Source: Phallusia mammillata
Lineage: Eukaryota
Assembly (NCBI GenBank): GCA_965637545.1
Contig: OZ281495.1
Span: 29,078,001-29,142,000 of the forward strand
Length of the DNA stretch: 64,000 bases
Direction: 5' to 3'
The position numbers were made by a program, and so were the translations under genes. Positions 50,831-63,405 of the stretch are shown here, piece after piece; position 1 is the first letter of the stretch; the number at the start of each line of letters is the position of its first letter. A model generated the notes under the pieces. It was given only the letters and a program-made list of their open reading frames with translations. It did no database searches and was not told the DNA's origin.

Positions 50831-51734
50831 ATCTACTTGTACTTTTCCATTTTACACTGCTTTAGAATAGAATTACGACAGCTATCTACTATTGGGCTAT
50901 GCTGGAAATGCATTGCATGGATATGTATTTTGATTTGAATAAGTTTGGGAAGGTAAATAGGTCGAGATATTTAAAACTAAACTGTGTTTTAACAGTTGTC
51001 GGAATTCCAGGAGTTTCAAAACGCGAAACAAACACTCAAGTCAGCAAGTTTCGGTACGAACATAATACTGTAGATTCGGTTCCTCATTGAACTCCTATCT
51101 ACGGTCGGTGACGTTACAGTCAGACTTTTCGGTTCCCTTTTGTCGCCGCACCAGCGGGAATGCTTGCGCAGGGTAAGTCCGTGTTGGGAATATCATTCGG
51201 GACAGCTTGTGGGTGTTTTAGCGTAGGCGGCATGGTTTAAGACTGTCGGGCTTGTGAATTGCATGCAGAAAGTTTCGTTGAGGCATCGAAAGCAGTTGTG
51301 TTGGGTTAATTTTGCATTCCACTAAAAATACAACGGCATAATTGTACTGAAAAATTAAATGGTTTTTGCTGGTCAGTTCTCTTTGAAGGTTGAGATTTTA
51401 TTTTGTTAGCTAGATTTAGATATGCTAGGGTCGTTTTTTTGTACAGTTGCGCCGGTTTTTGCCACGTTTAGCTTAAAAGAACGTGGTTTGTTGTGACTTT
51501 TAGCACAAAGATTATTCAGTCACATTTGACAACCGAGTTTTAACCCGTATTTCAGTCAAACCGTTGCTGTGTGTGGCCACTAACTAGCCCCGAGCTAGTA
51601 TACTGTCGGGCTAGCATACTGTCGAGCGAGAAGTATATTCAAACTATTAACTTTTTTGTTTACAGATACTTGATGGTATAAGAAAAAAACGTCGTTTTAA
51701 ACTTCGCTGGTGACTGCATTGAAAGAGCATTGCA

Positions 51735-54700
51735 ATGACAGGTATGTGTGTGCACTGACAAACAGTATTTTGCAGTTTGTTTTTCTCGTTTTGTCATGTT
51801 TGACCACTCCTATATAAACACACATCCAATATTGTCGACAATGAAATGTCTGGTTACAAGCGTATGTTTGTACGGTTAAGAGCACATGTCAACTTTATTT
51901 CAAGGATGGATTTAATCTCGTTTTGTTGGTATATAACCGAGGTTGCTCACAATCACAGCCTTCGACATTTTAGCACACACTGGAAAAACTGTGGTTGTAT
52001 TCATACGTTTGCCCTCTAATCGACGTGTACTATATCTTTTAAGGATACGCTGCTTTATTTTCGCAAAGTTGTATAGTGTTATAGCAACATGACACATAAA
52101 AGCAAGGCGATCTTAAACTCAGCCATACATACCTGATTTATTTCAATCCCTTGCAAGTAGGACAAAGTTTGCGGAGCGGTTAATGACTCTGGAAAACACG
52201 TAAAAGAAACCACTAAATCCATAGTTTTCAGACCTATAAGCACGTCATAAAAGATCAACTTTGATTGTTTTTATTGCTAAAATACCTTAGATAGTCTGTT
52301 ACCATGTTTTAAGACAAGTACAGCACCGTCCAAGTTCTGATCAAAGGCGCCGATGACTCGTTCGATCTTAATAAAGTCGGTTTGAAAGCGGCTTTGAAGG
52401 GTGCATGGGAATATCCTGTTTGTATCATCGCCATCTGTGGTGACAAGAGAAAGGGAAAATCCTTTATTCTCAACATGTTTCTTCGTTACCTTGTCAAGGT
52501 AGATTTATAATGTAAGATCTAGGTTGAGTTAATAAATTGCGGTTTTATCTAGAGCTATTGACAATTTCTTTGGCTAAAGAGGTATTACGGGAACGTAATG
52601 AAGTCTTCTATTCCCTGGAAAAGCAGTAAAGGTTGTGTGGGGTTTAAACAATTCTGACTAAGCACATTTTAGCACACAGGGCTGTAATGGGTTCTTCCTT
52701 GTCTGCGCTTTAAAATAAGCCGTGTTAGCACACATTTCAATTGTTTATCAGGCAATAAAATTGACCCTTTAAAAAATACCCTTTAAAAATACATTTGCTG
52801 ACTCATTTATGAAAAGAAAGGGCAAAACTTGGCGGAGCAGTTTTGCTGTCACACTCATCATTACGTCCGGTTTGCTTTAGAGTTTTAGGGGGACTTTATA
52901 ACTTTTTATTGATTGCCAAAGTTAAAGCGACGTATATTGGACTTTAGGATAAATTGGTGGCATACCATTACAAAATCGTTTCCAAATGTGTTTTTTTGTT
53001 ACCGACACCCGTGACTAGTATTTTCTTCTGATCGGACAAACCAGCAATGCCTTCGCTTTAAAATAAATTGAGAAATTGTTTACAGGGCTTACCTGGTAAA
53101 TCAAGTCTACTGTCATACGTGTGGGGTTCAAAGGAAGATCTACATGCCGCCTTCGAGTGGAGAGGAGGGTCAAGAAGAAACACAGAAGGAATCTGGATCC
53201 TTGACAAACCAATCCTGGTTGATACCCAAGATGGCAAGGTGAACATTTATTGTGTTTCAGTTTTTTTAAGTTCTACAGCTTTCAACTTTAAAGGGAAAAA
53301 CACATTTGGGGTCCTATTTTAACAAAGTACAGTTGCCTTTTCGCCTGTCAACAAACATGTGATTGACAACAGCTCATAACAATACAGCGCTAGTCTTTAC
53401 TGCCGTCTAGCGGATACAAGGTTACTTAACCTACGGCCAAAAGGGACTTTGATAAGCTTGTGAACATTTTTATATTTAACCAGGTTGCTGTTTACCTAAT
53501 GGATACACAAGGAATGTTCGACAGTCAAACCTCTAAGAAGGAATGTTCCCAAATTTTTGCTCTTGCCACGCTTATGAGCTCGCAACTTGTCTTTAACCTC
53601 ATGAGACAAATACAAGCAAACGATCTTGAGTATCTTGACGTAAGTTTGATAACATATTCTCCCAACAATTTGCCAGTTGAAGGCGCTTTCCTGTTTTCTG
53701 GACACTAAAGCCTTTAAGACTTTGAAGAAATAAAACGTTACAAACAGTTAAAAAACGACATATTCACAAAATTAGTGTTTTTGAAACTATTGCTGTTATG
53801 TATGCTTCAAAAGTTAGGTATTATTTTTGGTAAGCTGCAGACGTGCACACTGTTTCGACCTATATTGTCAGTGCAGCTGGTGAGAAGACAACGCCGTATT
53901 GGCTGGTGTAGCCATTTTTTATTTGCTTTGTAGTTTTGGACGCAGACGGCCAAATTCGTGAACACTGGATCAGACGAGGCATTTTTTCAGGTATTCGTTA
54001 CATTTATTCTTCTGTTTGAAATTCCGTGTTAACACCACTGCAGAATACCAAACCAAAATTGCCAGAAATTTAAACCATACTAAAATTGCAGAACTTGCTG
54101 TTTCTTATCCGGGACTTTTCCTTTCCGGATTATGGCTTCGGAATCCAAGCAGGGGAACGTTATCTGCAGGAGGAGTTAAAAGAGTCTGACGACAAAACGG
54201 CTACAGTGAACGAAAACATCAGAAACTTAAGAAACGTGTTTACCAGTGTAAAAGCATTTGGAATGCCAACACCTGATAAATCCGTCACTGCGCGAAAAGA
54301 GGAAGACAAACCGGTTAATTTGCAATGTAAGGATTTACAACTAATACAAATGTCACTAATAATTGTTTTATAAACGTTTATTCTCGTGAAACTTTTGACA
54401 AACGCTTCGTCTTTGAGAAACCAACTTACACAAATTGAAATTGTTTGTTGCTGCATTTGTAGATGCTGGAAAACCGTTTATGAAGCACGCCAACGACATG
54501 TTTAAGTATCTGCAAACAAACATCACCCCTCTGACCTTAAACGGAAGTCCGATGAGCGGCGAGCAGCTGTACGACTACGTGTTGAATTGCAGCGAAAATC
54601 TTCTCAGTGACCAAGTTCCTGACCCATTTACTCTAAGTGAGGTGAGTCCCAGGGTTCCAAAAGCCGTGTAGTAATGCTGTCATTTTACCTGAGATTCTGG

Positions 54701-56226
54701 TCGGAGTGTTTTCTTATCTTGTTTTTGCATTTTGCAGTCAGTTGCGAAGTTCCAACTTGGCAAGTTGGTGGAACAGGAAAAGACCGAATACGAGAGAGTC
54801 ATGAAAGAGGTAGCAACTATATGAATTTGTGAAATTTATTAGATATTTTTAGTGGGATTAGCTCCATTCTATACAGGTTCTGAGTTGTGGTAAAATTTGG
54901 CGAATTAGGCTAAATACAAAGCTCAACAGGTCCTGTGCGCATTTAACGCAGAGTGGCTGATTGGCTTCACATCTGCAAAATACTGACTGTTCTGTGTTGT
55001 AACTGTTTTACGCCCAACGCTATTTTACTGAGAAACTTTAAAAACAAGCGTTCTGATTTCAAACAAAAACAAAATTCAATTATACTGTATGCACCTTTAC
55101 GAACTTCCAAATCTAACGAAACCTGAAATATACTTTTGTTGTGAGACCAACTTGCCAAATTTTTAGTTTCTATATACTATACTGCAACACGATCATACAT
55201 CACAGGCGATGGATACCTACGACGGTTCGCTTTCTGATCTCTACAAATATCACGAGCTTCAACTTCTCGAGGCACTGGGAAGATTTGACAAGGTTCATAA
55301 GTTCGGCAGAGATGATGTGATTATGGACTACAGGCGTACGCTGGAGTCTGATGTTGCCGACATTTACGACGTCCTGTCTTCCTATTTTACCCAAAAGTTA
55401 GAGCTAAAAGACTCCGAGAATAAGCGAGAGGAAGAGGCAAAGATTGCAAAAATGCGAGAAGATCAATTGGGCGACATGGTCAAAAGACAGGAAGACCAGA
55501 TGAAAGAAACAGCTGCAAAGCACGCCAGGGACGCGGAGGAGATGAAGAAGCGCCTTGAAGAACAGGAGAAGCGCTTCCAGGAGGCAGAAGAACAAAGAAA
55601 AAAAGAAGCCGAAGAAGCAAGAAAGCTCATGGAAGATCAACAGAGGCTGCACAAAGAGGCTGAAATCTCGAGAAAAAGGGAAGCTGCCGAGGCAAAAGCT
55701 AGGTTTGAGGAACAAAAGCAAGATATGCGAAAAATGGCAGATGACAATTCGAAACAGGCACAGGAGGCACGAAAGAACTTCCAAGAGATGCAGGAGCGTT
55801 ACAAGCGTGAAGAGCAAGAGAGAAAAGCTGGCGCAGAAAAGGCACGTCAAAGTTATGAGCAGCAAATGAAAGATTACAAAGCAATGCAGGAGGCCAGAGA
55901 GAGGGAAGTCAAAGCAGCAAGAGAACAACAACAGAAGATGTGGGATCAAATGAAAGCTGCTGACGATCGTCGATACGAGGAGTCCAAAGTAGCACAAGCA
56001 AGAACAGAGCGGCAACTAGAGCAAATGCGACGAGATCTGGAAAATCAGCGAAATTACGTAAGTACTGATAACAGAGTTTTGTCACCTATCTCTTTAAGTT
56101 CTAAAATCCGACTTACAATTTTGCTGCCCTGATTTGTAAATATGTCAATACAAGGATTCCCAGATCCTAACTTTTCTTGCCTAATTTCTTTTGCAGAGAC
56201 GAAGTGATCCGTGCATCATCTCTTAA
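51735..56226 (+). CDS. Atlastin/GBP-family large GTPase with coiled coil and CaaX box (copy D), about 641 aa
   Basis: Exons 51735-51741, 52314-52498, 53086-53238, 53484-53639, 53934-53990, 54092-54326, 54463-54641, 54738-54809, 55206-56057, 56197-56226 (1926 nt, open). G1-G4 intact. Ends RRSDPCIIS*. Confidence 0.9.
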
Positions 56227-57139
56227 ACCCGTTTTTGCTTGGCGTATGAAGACTACTTTTTATTGTCCTTGTTCTACTTTTAGTGTGACTACCCATGTCA
56301 GTTTTTATGGCAATGTTTTATGTGCTTGATGTTAGTAATTCTGCCCCGCGCAAATATCTTTCATATTTCTTACCATTTCTTCGATCAAACAAACAATAAC
56401 TTTTTATGTGGCAAATAAAAACCTAGACCAAACTTTTTGGGCTTTGTAACTATTTTTATGCGTTTACTCTCTCATTGGCTATGGTGAAACTGTTGTTTTA
56501 TGTAATGTGGCATAATAAAAACATTGTATGGTTTCGCTTTGCCACATCTAAATGAGCTACCTTGCGTTGTCATAACTTGCATTGTCATTAAATGTTGTGT
56601 GTTGCTTATTTTTTATTTTTTTGTAACATGACCTTGATTTGCGATTGTTGCATTCATGTCTTTCATGGGCTTTACTATGACTTAATAACTAAAATTTTGA
56701 ACACTTTCAAAAATACCTTTGAATGCGGCAAAATTAAACTATGCTGAGCACCATGTTTAACATGCATATGCCTATATCGTGCACACAAAAACGCACAGAC
56801 AATAGTACACATATCAAACGCTGTAATCATCCATGCTCACCAATATATAGCACGAAGAAACTGATCAGTTGGTTTTGTGTATTAAAACTTGAAATCTCCC
56901 CTTTGTTTAAATTAAACGGACCAAGGTCAGAGCAATGATACTATACAACACGATCGGACACTTCTGTCTTAACCAATCAGATGTTTCTGCCGTGTCACGC
57001 ACCACTGAGATTACGTTACGGACAGGTAGTTTCCTTCCGCAAAGTGCAGCCTGTTGGTCAAGTCTTACAATTTTCGTGCTCTTTTGCCAATTTTGCTCGG
57101 TTAAACGTTCAGGGATCTTTGATTATCTGTTATTTAAAA

Positions 57140-58796
57140 ATGTCAAAGCATTGTTGCATTCCGGGGTGTGCTGGGAAACGCCCGAACCCTTTGTATAGCG
57201 TACCAGCGAAAAGGTTTTGTCCATCTGACAAAAAGGACTGGGCTAAAAAGTTGGAATGCATTATTTTGTCACTGCGAGCTGATCGTGATATTCATGATTT
57301 GTTTTTACGAGACAGTGTCAAAATATGTGACAAACACTTTGCTGAAGAGGATTTTGTGCAAGGTAAGTCTGTTAAAACTAGGTACAAGGAGTTTACAGAG
57401 CTGTATTGCATAATTTTAGACAATCAGGTGACCGACCTAACATATTTTACAGCCAAGAAGCGAAAGGTGTTAAGGACAGGGGCAATCCCAATCTTTCACA
57501 TGCCGAAAAAATTATATTCCAGTACTGCAGTTGAGCGTAGACCACAAAAACACCGAGTTTTTGTAGAAAAATGTTTATACAAAACATTTGCAACATTTGT
57601 CAGTGCAGCAAAGCAGTACGTGGCCACATCAAACTCCTGGAAGGTTAAAAACGTGTCAGATTCCAATATACACATATCCAAATCAAGTCAATATGACCAG
57701 GAGGAGTATTCAGTGTATGTTAATGTAAATATGGAAATTGATGTTCATCATTTTGGATGGCCAGGAAAAGTTACTCTTGAAGTTAAAGAAAACACAGTTC
57801 ATCAGCTTTTGATGTTTGTGGAAAATTTAAATATCTGTAAGGGAATACAATGTGGTGACCAGGAAAATGAAACAAAGCTTGCAGTCAAGCAAATACTCAC
57901 GAGCCCATGCAAGCCATTTGAAAATAGTCCACCAATGATAACACATTATGCAACCAGGTTAGAGTCTCAGTAGTTACAAGTTGATTTGCTTGAGCACAGG
58001 TGTGTTTATTCACAAACGATTGTTTTTTCCTCAGAAATACTGATTGCATTTTATTTGTGGAGAAGGGCCATGACATATGTAAGAAGTGCAAAAATGAAGC
58101 AGGGACAATTCAAAAAAGGATAAAAGAACGCGTCCGTTACAGAAAAGTTGTATTGCACCAACCACTACAAAAAGTTTCAGTGTCCAGATCATTAGGTTCC
58201 AGAGTAAAGGAAACATTAGTAGATAAACAGGAAAAGTAAGACTTATGTTTATTTAATTGAGGGCACTGACAGCAGTAACAAGTTAACATTAATCAAGAAA
58301 GTATCTAAAGACTAGTATGATAGAAATGTATATTTGCAGAATATGTCATTTACAAGCCCAAATTGATGATCTGTTACAAAACCCTGCAAAACAAATAACT
58401 TTAGAAAAGGATGCGCATTATGATATTCAACAATGTTTACTGACAGGCCAGTATTTTTGAAGAGGTTTATTCTGTTTAGCTGAAGTGTGAAAAAATCAAT
58501 TCATATATCTGTATTTTAGAGAAGGAAAATGGTACAATTGACAAATTTCATGATCTCTTTTGGTCTCAACAAACAAAATTAAATCTAATTGAAAAAAAAT
58601 CCCACCGCTTTCATCCAGATTTAATCAAGTTAGTACAATTTTTGAAAAATATATGTATTGAGTATAGCAGTAATGTATATACATCATGTATAGGTACTCA
58701 TTAATGCTGTATGGAAAGGGCCCAAAAGCTTACAAAATGTTACAGGATACTGGCTTGCTTGTCTTGCCTTCTCAACGAACTCTTAGGCGATATCGG
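57140..58796 (+). CDS. THAP-domain P-element-like transposase, N-terminal half only
   Basis: Exons approx. 57140-57362, 57453-57957, 58035-58235, 58341-58447, 58520-58628, 58696-58796 (one donor would be GC; internal junctions tentative). THAP motif MSKHCCIPGC...W...CDKHF...LRTGAIPIF, then LFWSQQ...RFHPDLIKYSLMLYGKGPKAYKMLQDTGLLVLPSQRTLRRY. No RNase H-like catalytic region follows. Confidence 0.75.
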
Positions 58797-59116
58797 TAAA
58801 ATGTCCCATTTTTTCACATTTTTTTCACGGAGTGGCACATTTTTTAACATATAATATGTTACTTAGAAATATATATACTGCTTTTCTTTGGCATTATCAT
58901 TTAATGTTATGATTTGGAATGTGTACTGGCCTACTAACGGTTTTTCAACAATTTTTTTCTGTTTTAATTTTGTACTTGTGTGCATTTTTAATTTTAATTC
59001 ATAAATAAAGTATGAGTTAAATTTGACTTATACACCTATTTATTTCAAGTCAATAAGATTTTTTTCCAAACAAAAATACACACATATGTAAGTGGAAAAT
59101 AGCCCATTTTATTATA

Positions 59117-60074
59117 TTAGGAAATTAATTTCAGATCTGTTCTCAGAGAGCTTCTTTGTCCTTTTCCATTGTTTTTCTTGGTGGTAAACTTTTTCTGTTG
59201 AAAAAGTTGAGTGACGCGTTTAGCATAGGCATGGCCCCTAGTGCGAACATATTTTCTAATCACTTGGGAAAGTCCATCCAGTACATGATTCATTGTGTTG
59301 TCATGCTCATCTAAGTAGCGTTCAAGTATGTGCAAACTTTCATCAATAATTTCTTCGGCTATAAGCAAGGGGTCTAATTCTGGTTTAGGCTTTGAGAGAA
59401 CGTTTTTTATTTTCAGTTCAGTGGAAATAAACACTGTTTGACACATTTCGGAAATTCCCCAGCAGTTTTTGTTTTTGCTCGGATTTTCTCCTCGAAGGCT
59501 TATAAAGAAAGGGTCACCAGTTTTATGGTACAGGCTTCTTATAACTCTACCACCAATATAACAGCACACTTCCTTCTCAATATCATTCAGTGCCCTTTCT
59601 CCATTACTTTTGATTAAAAGGCCTGGTGAAAGATTTTTTCTGTTTGCCAAGGTTGGCAAGATTTCGCTCATTACAGCCCGTGTGGCTGTGGTCAAATGGT
59701 CGTTATGAAACAAGGTCAGAAACCTGCGCGTGAAAGCAGTTGCGCTCTGACTTGATTCGTAGGCAGCAAGGATCGAAGCACTAAGATTTTGGTTCAGTGC
59801 CGTTACTGCTGGTTCCGCGCCGGTATAGGTGGCAGCCTTTTCTGAAGCTTCGGTCCATAACTCCACTAATTTAGGGGGATCTAGTGCATTTTGAGATTGG
59901 TTGGGCTGGTGTTTTCTTTTTTTTGTGCATATCCATTCCTTTCAAAGATGTGAACTGCTTAAAACATACATCACAATTTACGCTTGAATCTTCGTTTTCC
60001 ATCATAGATAGTTCAATTTCAACCATAATCTGTTCAATTGCCTCATTGAAGCAAGTACTTTCGTTTTCATCCAT
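59117..60074 (-). pseudogene. Transposon accessory gene (C2H2 zinc finger plus helical domain) split by a 1-nt frameshift
   Basis: ORF 60074-59871 has CDVCFKQFTSLKGMDMH. Removing one A from the A8 run gives HKKRKH and fuses it in frame with ORF 59866-59117 (EKEVCCYIGGRVIRSL...YVRTRGHAYAKR...SLRTDLK), about 318 aa. Confidence 0.65.
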
Positions 60075-63000
60075 TCCTAAGTTAGACTTTCACGCTCCCT
60101 CGGTATGTAGCTCGCGTCTACAAGCACTTCCACATGTAAACTCATTGAAACGTGTGACGGCAGAAACAAAAAAAGAAAAAGGCAACTCTCACGCAATGAA
60201 GCCAACAAAGAAAAAAAGAAAAAGGCAAACGAGTGTCCGATCGTGTTGTATAGTATCATTGGTCAGAGTTAGGTCACCCACCAAGAAAACACTGAGGCCT
60301 GCAGGACGCTAAAAAATGTCCTACAAATAAAAGAAGAATTTAGTATTTTAAGCATATTCCAAATGTAACGTTGCTGTTAAAAGTGCAGTCTAAAAAGTAG
60401 TTTTCAAACTTTTGTATTTTAAGTAAAAGGTAAAAAAACACAATTGGTTTGCGGATTTTTAAAACAAAATTGACTTCATCGATTTGCTAAAACGGATTAA
60501 AAAATAAAAAATGCTTACTTGTCTTGGGTAACTCTAGTGTCGAGGATTGTCTTGTTGGTGCTGCGGCAAATTTATTTCAAATTTAAAAATTGGTATCAGT
60601 CAGTATTGCAACTTACAGTATTTGCAAATACTGTACATGTACAGTAAGATTTATTAGTAAGTTTTACAACTGTAAATACAGACAAAACCTATAAAAAATG
60701 ATCTTTTTGTGCCTTAGATTTTACAGTTAAAGCCAGCTTCGTAACATTCTTTTTTCCTTGTGACAAGGTTTTTAAAAAGTAGAGTTTGAAATCTGTGGCA
60801 GCATTTTTATCCAATACGATTTGAGGAGATGCTGGTTTGAGATTAAATACAAATATATATGCCATTCCACCAAATATAAAAAAGTAAGTACAATGTACAC
60901 AAGTGGTGAGTCTGCTTTTTGGCCTATTGTTGTGAAACAAATTAGAGGTATATTTGAACATAGCTACTGATTGGTACAAGTTTATTTTACACATACATTG
61001 GTAAATATAGAAAAAACAAGTTTTGGTAGAATGGAATGCTTGACCATGCATGTTGTTTAATCGAGCTGTAATGGAGCTGTACTTTGATTCTTGCAACAAC
61101 AATCACCACCAGTATGCAATGACAAGTTTTTGGAATGGCAAACTCCTAACATACAGCTACAGAACAATCTATGCAGGAAGCAAACTATATTTGACTGGAC
61201 TTATAATTTTGTGGTCTGTATTTTTTCCTATTACTGAAAATGTATTGTTATATTGTTTATGTGAGAAATACATATTTAATACAGGTATCAATTACATGTT
61301 TTAGTGTGTAGAAAAGCCTGCTATGTTTAATCCACTAACAAAAAATAGATGCAAGTTAATGAACAATGTTTTTGCCTGTAATATTTTACAGGTGTTTCAT
61401 TATATTGTGACCTATATTTTTTAGCATGTAGGTAGAGCAATAGTTCTCAACTTGTTTCAGGTCACATACAACCAGCCAAATAAAATAATGTTCAGCCCTT
61501 TCAGTAAGTAAAATGAGCACACACAACAAGCATTTTATTTTGGTATATATTTTTAAAAAATCATATTTTAAGAAGTGACATAACGTTTTTGATCCCTTAT
61601 AAACTCATATTATTTAAATTCTCCTGTCTATCACCAACATAGCGGACGTCTTGTAAACCAAAAAAAAGTCATCATGGGCAAAGAGGTGAAAATCACTGCC
61701 TTGAGTGATAAGAATACATAATAATTTTAACATTTGCTCTGCTTGTAAAAAAATGTTGTTGTTACATGTTGTGCAGTACTTTTTAATTGTGTACTTCTTT
61801 GGTTGATTTTTGCGCAAATGTTTGTTCTGTGTATTGTGTTTTTAAGCAAAGGTGATGGCATATGTCTTTTGCAGTTTACAATCTAACATGGGATTATATG
61901 TCAGTCAATGCATCATTTATACATAAGGAAGAATATTGAGGAAAAACAAAATGTTCCTATTTGGTCATGTTATTGGCATGAGAAAGAAACCCAACAAATA
62001 GATTAATCTTTGTTTGGACTTGTGATAAGTATGTACATTTTCAGTGTTATAATAACTTGAACATTTTGAAAAAAAGACAGGTTGCAAAAATCAATCTTAC
62101 CTTCGCTTTGTCAACAACTTCCAACAAACATTAAAATCATTACAAATTTCTGTTGCAAAAGGTAAGATTTCAGAATGACAAAATACAGAAAAACATGTGT
62201 CTACATTCAACTTCCAGATGTTTGCCACCCATTGAAATGTCATACGTATACTGCATATCAATGTTAAATTTGGTTATGCTTGAAAACCTATTTTATCTTT
62301 GTGTTAAAAAGTAAGTATCCCAGTTCTGTTTTTTGTTGTGTCTCCATGAAGCAAAAACAAAGGTTTTTTTACTCATTTGAGAGGCCTTGTGCACTGTAGA
62401 GCATAAAAATCGCCACGAAACCTTTTCAGGAAGGAAGGAAGATGTGTGGAGAGCCTGGGACAAACATAAAAGTTGTTTTGTGCAAGTTGGCAAGAAGATT
62501 GAAAAAAACACTTGCCCGTGTGTAAATAGCCACCATACAGATGTTTTTGAATGGATGTTAAATGAGAAAGCACGTGACATCGATTTAGATACGACCATGT
62601 TATTTATGTTTCTACACTAAGCAAGTGTATAAAGATTTTCTGCATTTGTAACATCAGGCAGGGATGCCGCATAAAAAATGTTGAAAGGTGCCAAAAAAGA
62701 ACCAAACAAACGTTTAACGCAAAGAATACCGCCAAACATTTTTAGCAAAACTAGCAGGAGAACGTATGTTATGCAGCTTTATTAAGGTCATTGCTACCAT
62801 AATTTGTTGAAAGTAAAGTCCTTCAGCATTTTCGGCAAAGCAATTTACCGGATAGCATTGGTTTGACTTAGATTCTTACAATAGCAAGTGTTTTTCCACT
62901 TTCATGCACTTTTGCTTACTGGTTTCAGCTTTTTAAATAACAATATTAGACATTAAAAACTCTTTAACTTCGATGCCACACTCGTTGTATGTCACTTCCG

Positions 63001-63405
63001 ACTCAAACATTTGAAATCCAACCTTATTTTCTAATGTCTAATCTGAGACTACAATTGCATTGGTTGGCCAGATAGGTGCATTCACGACGGAGGCAGGCAT
63101 TCAATGAAAAATAATCTTAACCTGCATTGTCAAAGCGCAGCTACGGAATCTAACCTACCTTTTGTTGGGTCAAAAAGATAACCCTTTCACCAGCTATGTC
63201 CAAATTTTCAAAGAAAGCAGAAACGCCAAAGAAATCACTTGGGTGCCAACCAGTTCTATAAACCGCCAAATTTTACAAAAATATCCGTCAAACCGCCAGT
63301 AGCAATTTTTTTTTAGTCCTCAAAAAACACCAAATTAGTGGAAATTGGCGGCAAATCCGCTAAATTGGCAACTGACATCAGCGGTAGAACTACTGGCTGA
63401 ACCGT

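Larger units (their letters stand above)
56933..60261. mobile_element. P-superfamily DNA transposon, 3329 bp, internally deleted
   Basis: Perfect 30 bp TIRs (CAATGATACTATACAACACGATCGGACACT) at 56933-56962 and 60232-60261. 7 bp TSD GTCAGAG on both sides. Encodes a THAP protein and a convergent second gene. Confidence 0.9.

Noticed and set aside
34864-56015. Long minus-strand Leu/Phe-rich ORFs (34864-35538, 40272-40964, 55404-56015 and similar)
   Set aside because: Antisense shadows of the GAA/AAG/CAG-rich coiled-coil exons, not membrane proteins.
37366-56226. Calling these genes true atlastin (ATL) or vertebrate GBP orthologues
   Set aside because: No TM hairpin as in atlastin, and G-domain motifs differ from GBPs; orthology needs a phylogeny, so no gene symbol was given.
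56981-57139. N-terminal 53 aa of the 330-aa ORF
   Set aside because: The THAP domain starts at ATG 57140. The upstream part overlaps the subterminal region, and the ORF also reads through a 90-nt intron.
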